Assembly (NCBI GenBank): GCA_003133285.1
Contig: PKWR01000129.1
Coordinates: 462 to 24,521, forward strand
Reading direction: 5' to 3'
DNA length: 24,060 bases
Source of the DNA: Coriobacteriia bacterium
GTDB lineage: Bacteria > Actinomycetota > Coriobacteriia > Anaerosomatales > PALSA-660
A model generated the notes under the pieces. That model did not search any database and was not told the origin of the DNA. It saw only the letters and a program-made list of their open reading frames with translations. The number at the start of each line of letters is the position of its first letter. Positions within the stretch are counted from its first letter, which is position 1. Shown here in pieces: positions 18,458 to 24,060 of this stretch. Made by a program: the position numbers and the translations under genes.

Positions 18458-19741
18458 GTGAAGAGAATCGCATTCGTACTGATCGCGACCTGCGCGTTCC
18501 TGTTCGCCGCAACCGGCGCCGCGTACGCGAACTTCGGCCCGCACGGTTCCTACGTCCAGGACACCGACGCCTGCGCCGGCTGCCACCGCGCGCACACGTC
18601 GTTCTCCACGCTCGGATGGACGGGCAAGGACAACGTCGTCCGTTCCAGCGCCTTGCTGATCTCGAACGCGTCGAACATGACCGACTTCTGCTATGCGTGT
18701 CATGGTGACGGCGCTCCCGGCGCCTCGACGAACGTCCAGATGGGCGTCTTCGACTCCGGCCCCGCCGGCAGCACGGGCACGGGCACGAACTCGACCTTCA
18801 ACGCCGCGCTCAACGGCGGCGGATTCGAGAAGGTCGGAGGGACCGCCACGGTCATGTCCGCACACGACATGCAGGGGTCCAAGGTCGGACCCGCCATTCG
18901 CTGGGGCTACGTCGATCCCGGCACCGGCAACTCGAACCTTGCCCCGATGGCGGCCTTCGGTTGCACGGACTGCCACGATCCCCACGGCAGCTCCAACTAC
19001 CGTCTGCTCAAGGACAGCGTCAACGGCGTGACGGTCGGCGGATACCTCGCCGGAGACGTCCCGAACCCGTGGGTCCTCTCCAACGAGCAGGGCTTCCCGA
19101 CGGGCGGCTTCAAGAAGGGCGCTGCAGGCGTTGCCGACGCGGTCCTCTACAAGCCGAACTACACGTCGCCGCAGTACGCCAAGAACTCCGGCAGGGCGAT
19201 GTCGGCATGGTGCTCCGCGTGCCACACGGCCTATGCGACCGCCAAGGACACAGGCGCCGGCTACGACTACAAGCAGTACGAGACCGTGCCGGTCTCGATC
19301 AACACCACGACCCCGACAACCGAGGTCGGCGCCAAGGTCCGCTATCGCCACCTGGTCGACATCCCTTTGACGACGGGTCAGGGCGCAGGACGCGCGCTGA
19401 ACATCCCGGTCCTGGACGACAAGGGCCTGCCGCTCGAGATGGGCATCGGAGACAACAGTGGCGTTGCAGCCAACAGCACCGCTCCCTACTGGGACAACAG
19501 GGGCAACATCTCGTGCCTGACCTGTCACTACGCTCACGGCTCCGCCGCGAAGATGACGGGCTGGGCGGTCGCCGAGCTCACGACCACGACAGTGGGAGCT
19601 GCTCCGAAGGAGACCACCGCGACGGCCAACCCGCTGCTTCCGGCGAACCAGGCCAACCAGATGGGCGTGAACCCGAACTTCTCGCAGGCGCTTCTGCGGT
19701 ACGACAACCGCGGGGTGTGCGAGCGTTGCCACAACAAGTAG
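18458..19741 (+). CDS. Secreted hexaheme cytochrome c, OmcS/CwcA-like, 427 aa
   Basis: Sec signal peptide (MKRIAFVLI...AAYA). Six CXXCH motifs (CAGCH, CYACH, CTDCH, CSACH, CLTCH, CERCH) plus exactly six other His. GGAGGT 7 nt before GTG 18458. Confidence 0.92.
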   Translation: MKRIAFVLIATCAFLFAATGAAYANFGPHGSYVQDTDACAGCHRAHTSFSTLGWTGKDNVVRSSALLISNASNMTDFCYACHGDGAPGASTNVQMGVFDSGPAGSTGTGTNSTFNAALNGGGFEKVGGTATVMSAHDMQGSKVGPAIRWGYVDPGTGNSNLAPMAAFGCTDCHDPHGSSNYRLLKDSVNGVTVGGYLAGDVPNPWVLSNEQGFPTGGFKKGAAGVADAVLYKPNYTSPQYAKNSGRAMSAWCSACHTAYATAKDTGAGYDYKQYETVPVSINTTTPTTEVGAKVRYRHLVDIPLTTGQGAGRALNIPVLDDKGLPLEMGIGDNSGVAANSTAPYWDNRGNISCLTCHYAHGSAAKMTGWAVAELTTTTVGAAPKETTATANPLLPANQANQMGVNPNFSQALLRYDNRGVCERCHNK

Positions 19742-19786
19742 GGCCGCGGCACCCCCGTACCGCTCTCTGAGTGCAGGGGATCCGAA

Positions 19787-19816
19787 GGGGGCCCCGGACG
19801 TGTGTCCGGGGCCCCC
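19787..19816 (+). terminator. Perfect 13-bp GC hairpin after the cytochrome gene, no U-tract
   Basis: GGGGGCCCCGGAC (19787-19799), loop GTGT, GTCCGGGGCCCCC (19804-19816). Confidence 0.6.
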
Positions 19817-19894
19817 GGCTCGACATTCGAACACGGCACGCAGGGTGCTGTGGAACACAGCGCGACCCCGGACGTACGACCACAGGAGGAGATC

Positions 19895-21277
19895 GTGACC
19901 GAGCTCGAGACCGAGGACCGTCCGGCGGACTATGCAGCGCTCGGCTACGTCGCGAATCCCTTCCCGCCTGTCGAAGAGACTGCGGGGCCGCTCTGGAGGC
20001 ACCTGACGACGCACGCAGCAGCCAACGCGCTGCTGTCGGCCGCTCGGCGGGCGGCGGACACCGTGCCGTCGGACGTGGTCGTGGTGACCACGGACGACAA
20101 CGTCCCGGACGACTACCCGCGCGCGGCGCTCAACGACTTCCTCCGTCGCAGCGCGAACGACACGCACCTCGGGATGATGAGCTTGAACATCCCGCTCACG
20201 ATGATGCGGCTCGGTCGCATCCGCGGGACGCTTGCTGCGATGGCGGAACTGGTCGCCGCCGTCGACCTGGAGAAGACCGTCGCGGCCTATCTTGTCTCGA
20301 CCGCAGCGGATCCCGACGCGGACCTCGCTCACGAAGCCGGTGTGACCGAGGAGGAGATCGCCGACGCGATCGCAGGGTTCGCATGCGAACCAGTGGGAGC
20401 TGTCGCGCGCGTCTTCGGGCGCCGTGAGGAAGTCCCCGAACCCAGCCGGGACGAGGAGTCCGAGGCACTGCATCGGATCTACCTGCGGGGCACCGGGCTC
20501 GACCCCGACCCGTCCGTGGATCAGGAGGGTGTCGAGGCGGTGGCCGAGATGGTCCTCCCGGAGCCGGCCACCGGGGAGGTCGAGGTCCTCACCGGCGAGG
20601 GCGAGGTCTTCGACGCGAATGCGGCGCTGCGCGACTACTTCCTCGCATACATGCGGGTCAATCTGTCGACTCTGGTCGCTCGCGCGCTCGCTTCCTACCG
20701 TGACTACGGCTCCTCGGTCTTCGCCCAGGAGCTGAAGATCACGAAGGCGCCGCGCAAGACGCTCGGCGCCGTGCTGCGTTTCATGCAGCCGCGCTGGCCT
20801 CGTGTCGTCGTTCTGTACGACGGCTTCGAGGTCTGGAACATCCTCGACGAGACGACCAAGGCCGACATCGTCGACGGCATGAACGAACTGAACGGGATCA
20901 TCGGGCGGACCGGAGTCATGGGGCTCGTCCTCGTCGACGGTCAGACACCCGAGTTGGCTGAGGCGTTCGCCGGCGGGGTGCCGGTCGACTGGAAGATGGG
21001 CGAGATCGCCGCGCTGCAGCAGGGCGCAGCCGCCTTCGATGTCGCGCTCGTCCAGCGGTGGCTCGACGCGGCCGCGTTCTCCGGCGTATCGAGGCTTCGC
21101 GCGGACGGCCCGCAACTGGCGCCGCTGGTGGACGCGTGCGCGGATGATGTCTTCCACTTCGCATGCATGGCCGAGGCTGCGGTGCGCGACGCGGCCGAGC
21201 GCGGCGTCTCGACGCTCGACCCGGTCGGCATCGCCGCCGGCATCGCGTCGGTCACCGTCACCGAGGCGGACCGGTGA
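19895..21277 (+). CDS. Hypothetical cytoplasmic protein, 460 aa, possibly a degenerate P-loop NTPase fold
   Basis: AGGAGGAG before GTG 19895. The CDS itself is well supported. The fold guess rests only on YAALGYVANPF and a Walker-B-like VVVLYDGFE; no GxxGxGKT/S is present. Confidence 0.7.
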   Translation: MTELETEDRPADYAALGYVANPFPPVEETAGPLWRHLTTHAAANALLSAARRAADTVPSDVVVVTTDDNVPDDYPRAALNDFLRRSANDTHLGMMSLNIPLTMMRLGRIRGTLAAMAELVAAVDLEKTVAAYLVSTAADPDADLAHEAGVTEEEIADAIAGFACEPVGAVARVFGRREEVPEPSRDEESEALHRIYLRGTGLDPDPSVDQEGVEAVAEMVLPEPATGEVEVLTGEGEVFDANAALRDYFLAYMRVNLSTLVARALASYRDYGSSVFAQELKITKAPRKTLGAVLRFMQPRWPRVVVLYDGFEVWNILDETTKADIVDGMNELNGIIGRTGVMGLVLVDGQTPELAEAFAGGVPVDWKMGEIAALQQGAAAFDVALVQRWLDAAAFSGVSRLRADGPQLAPLVDACADDVFHFACMAEAAVRDAAERGVSTLDPVGIAAGIASVTVTEADR

Positions 21278-22047
21278 GCGCACGGCCGCCACGTCACACA
21301 CGTGCCCGATCCGGCCGGTCGCACCGGACCCGGTGGTTCGTCGGGTCCGTGCTGGCCGTCGCAGCCGTGATCGTGGTCTTGGGCGCGTTCTCGAGGCCGG
21401 CGCCGGCCGCGCCTTCGTCCCGCACTGCGGGCTCCATCGAGGCGACCCGCGCGCCCGGCCAAGCCGCGTACGAGGCGGGGCTGCGGTCCTTGGCGTCCGG
21501 GGAGACCACGAGCGCGGTCGCGTTGTTCGAGGCGGCCGCAGCAGCGGGCAACGCGGCCGCGAAGGCGAAGCTGGACGAGACGGCGAACGCCGCGAAGCCG
21601 TCGACACCGGCGTCCGTTCCGCCCGACACCGCCTACTTCACCAAGGTGGACGACCCGGCGACCCTGCTGCCCACCGCGCTTTCGGGATACACGGTCTCGA
21701 GCGTCGAGAGGAGCGCGTTCGGCGCCATCGTTGCACTGCAGCCGACGGCGGAAGGTCCCGCGGGCAAGGTCACGCTGGTCGTCCTCACCACCTTGGACAA
21801 GAAGACCGAGGCCGGTGCGCGCTCATACGTGAACGGCATCACCAAGGCATTCCCGAAGAACCTCGCGACGGTCACGGTCGGGTCGCGCGCGGGGCGGTTC
21901 GGTACCGATGGCGCGCGGCTTGCGTCGGTCGTGTTCAGCCGCGGCCGCTACGCCTTCGAGGTGGTCGCCACGGCCTACCGCGTGGCCCCGCTCGAGGTCA
22001 AGGACGTAGTGGTCGCTGCCGCCGCCTCGTTCCCGGCGGCGCACTGA
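21274..22047 (+). CDS. Membrane-anchored hypothetical protein, 257 aa
   Basis: GTG start overlaps the previous stop (GTGA). Basic N-terminus, one TM (WFVGSVLAVAAVIVVLGAF), a helical segment, a Pro/Ala linker and an alpha/beta C-terminal domain. Confidence 0.75.
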   Translation: MSARPPRHTRARSGRSHRTRWFVGSVLAVAAVIVVLGAFSRPAPAAPSSRTAGSIEATRAPGQAAYEAGLRSLASGETTSAVALFEAAAAAGNAAAKAKLDETANAAKPSTPASVPPDTAYFTKVDDPATLLPTALSGYTVSSVERSAFGAIVALQPTAEGPAGKVTLVVLTTLDKKTEAGARSYVNGITKAFPKNLATVTVGSRAGRFGTDGARLASVVFSRGRYAFEVVATAYRVAPLEVKDVVVAAAASFPAAH

Positions 22048-22087
22048 CCGCCGTCGGCGGTCCGATGTCTGGAAGGTCTGATAGCGC

Positions 22088-23866
22088 ATGAGATCGACAC
22101 CGCGAGTCCTGACCCTGCTCCTTCTCGGAGCGGCGCTTCTGTTCCTCCCGTCCGCCGCGTTCGCGGGCGCCCCCACCATGGCGCCTGCGGAGATCCGTTC
22201 GGAAGGGTTCGAGACCGCGCCCGCCGCGGACTGGCTGATCGAACCCGTCGGGGGCCAGTTCCCGCCGCCGGCGGCATGGTGGGGGCGGGTGACCCAGCGC
22301 GCCTACTCCGGATCGTACGGGCTGTGGTGCGCGGGATCGCCGAACGGGTGGGGGACGGGCCTGTACCCGAACTTCGCAGGTGGGCTCGCGACGCTGAACC
22401 TGCCGCAACTCGCGGACTACTACTCGGCGACGCTCTCCTACGAGTACACGATGCCGTCGCTCGGCTCGGATGATGGCCTCTCGCTGAACATCCTGTGGGA
22501 CTCGACTCCTCACACGGAGTGGGACTATCACTACGCTTGTCCACTCACTGCCGCGAGCACGTGGAGGACCGACACTTGGGACATGTCGGCCCCGGGAAAC
22601 GCCGTCAACATCTCAAGGCAGCCGGGCCGTGTGCGGTTCCAGTTCCTCGACTTCTACGGCAACACCTATGAGTCGCCGAAGGCCGGCGAGGGCGCGACGA
22701 TCGACGACGTTCTGGTCACCGGGTACAAGTACGGTCCCGTGCGCGGCCTGGCCGCCACCACCACCGGCTCCGACGTGCAGTTGTCCTGGGCCGCACCCGC
22801 CCGCTCTACCGCGACCGGTGCCATTCCCGAGGAGCGCTCCGTCACGTACCGCGTGTGGCGGGCTCCGAACGTCGTGCCGTACGTCTGGAGTGAGCTGACA
22901 ACGGACCGCACGGCGGCCACGGCGTTCACCGACACGGACACGGCCGCCCTGCGCGGTCCGTATCGCTACGTCGTCCAGACCTGGGACCCGGGCACTGGAG
23001 GCGGATACGGCGTGCTGGATCCGACCGCGACAGGCCAAAGCGTGACCCGCACCTTCGTTGCGGATCCGCTTGCACCCGCGTTCACCATCACAGGCATCCC
23101 GTCCTCCCCGACTCCCAACGCGGTTCTGCCGGGCGTGTCAACGACCGAGACGCCCCGGCCGGCGGTTTCCGCGATGTTGGACGGCCTCCCGTTCACGATC
23201 GGCTCGAGCATCACCGCCGAGGGCTTCCACGGGCTCGTCGTGCGCATCACGACGCTGGACGATCGCGTAGCCGAGCAGGTGGTCAGCTTCACCATCGACA
23301 GGCACGCGCCATCTACGACGAGCGACGCGCCGAGGAGCACTGTGCTGGCGCCCGTGACCGTACATCTCTCGGTCGTCGACGGGCCGGCGCCGAACCCTGC
23401 GGGAGTCCGCGCCACGTACTACTCGCTGGACGGCGCCGCATACAAGACGTACGCGGGGAGCATCTACGTCTCGAGCTATCGGGACCACACGCTCAGCTAC
23501 TACTCTGTGGACAACGCGGGCAACAAGGAGTCGACGCACAGCGTCACGTTCTCGAACCGCTTCCGGGAGACACTGTCGGTCAAGTCCTCGGTCACGACCG
23601 GACGGTACCGCCACTCGTTCACGTTGTCCGGATACCTCTACAAGGGGTACGCGGGCGATCACGTCTACCTGAAGTACCAGAGGCCGGGCAGCTCGACGTG
23701 GTACTCGGTCACGCGACATGCGACGGCGGCAAGCGGCACGCGCGGCAGATGGAGCTACTCGTTCTTCCCGACCAAGAAGGGCACGTACCACTTCAAGGCG
23801 TACTTCGGCGGGACGACGGCACGCTACAAGGTGACGTCGCCCACGATCTCGGTGGTCGTGAAGTAG
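22088..23866 (+). CDS. Secreted multidomain cell-surface protein (jelly-roll/MAM-like, FN3 and Ig-like domains)
   Basis: Signal peptide ending AFA. GEGATIDDVLV jelly-roll end, FN3 (VRGLAAT...VQLSWAAP...YRVWR...FTD...YRYVV), and an Ig-like repeat (TYYSLDG...HTLSYYSVDNAGNKE). Basic, Tyr/Ser/Thr-rich C-terminal domain. Confidence 0.8.
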   Translation: MRSTPRVLTLLLLGAALLFLPSAAFAGAPTMAPAEIRSEGFETAPAADWLIEPVGGQFPPPAAWWGRVTQRAYSGSYGLWCAGSPNGWGTGLYPNFAGGLATLNLPQLADYYSATLSYEYTMPSLGSDDGLSLNILWDSTPHTEWDYHYACPLTAASTWRTDTWDMSAPGNAVNISRQPGRVRFQFLDFYGNTYESPKAGEGATIDDVLVTGYKYGPVRGLAATTTGSDVQLSWAAPARSTATGAIPEERSVTYRVWRAPNVVPYVWSELTTDRTAATAFTDTDTAALRGPYRYVVQTWDPGTGGGYGVLDPTATGQSVTRTFVADPLAPAFTITGIPSSPTPNAVLPGVSTTETPRPAVSAMLDGLPFTIGSSITAEGFHGLVVRITTLDDRVAEQVVSFTIDRHAPSTTSDAPRSTVLAPVTVHLSVVDGPAPNPAGVRATYYSLDGAAYKTYAGSIYVSSYRDHTLSYYSVDNAGNKESTHSVTFSNRFRETLSVKSSVTTGRYRHSFTLSGYLYKGYAGDHVYLKYQRPGSSTWYSVTRHATAASGTRGRWSYSFFPTKKGTYHFKAYFGGTTARYKVTSPTISVVVK

Positions 23867-24030
23867 CGGACCTGAGGCAGACGGCGGACGACGGCACGCG
23901 GCCGACGAGGACCGTCTTCATGTCGAGGAGGCCTTGTGTGCGGCAGTGCTTCTGCTCGCGGCGGCCCTCACCGAGGACATGCCGGACAGAGGCGCATTGC
24001 AGTTGCCTCGACCGCTAGAATCGACCCACC

Positions 24031-24060
24031 ATGACTCCCCGCTACGGCAGCGACCACATA
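24031..24060 (+). CDS. Possible start of the next gene (MTPRYGSDHI...), truncated by the window edge
   Basis: ATG at 24031, 9 nt after a TAGAAT -10-like hexamer (24016-24021), with no SD, so possibly leaderless. Too short to verify. Confidence 0.25.
   Translation, partial: MTPRYGSDHI

Noticed and set aside
14690-19741. Horizontal acquisition of the hydrogenase-cytochrome block, which looks somewhat less GC-extreme than glnD or larE
   Set aside because: Judged by eye only and equally explained by the codon usage of highly expressed genes. No flanking repeats, tRNA or mobility genes are present.

Overview
High-GC bacterial DNA, most likely an anaerobic actinobacterium (Coriobacteriia-like). 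This assignment is an inference from a Gram-positive-type LexA box, an actinobacterial GlnR-type box, and the amt-glnK-glnD gene order. Left half: the 3' end of an aldehyde:ferredoxin oxidoreductase-family gene, a small hypothetical gene and a B12-binding radical SAM gene (+), converging on amt-glnK-glnD followed by pduO-larE-cation exchanger (-), with uvrA divergent (+). Right half (12.1-23.9 kb, all +) is the notable part. It runs TPR protein, NHL beta-propeller membrane protein with a PIN-like tail, a ~350-nt heavily structured leader, a Tat-exported group-1a-type [NiFe] hydrogenase (small and large subunits, no cytochrome b, no C-terminal extension), and then, 23 nt downstream, a hexaheme cytochrome c whose motif order matches the Geobacter OmcS nanowire cytochrome. 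After that come a degenerate P-loop-like protein, a membrane-anchored protein and a multidomain secreted surface protein. Main hypothesis: a hydrogenase wired directly to an OmcS-type cytochrome filament for extracellular electron transfer in a monoderm. All family assignments come from reading motifs by eye; no database searches were run.
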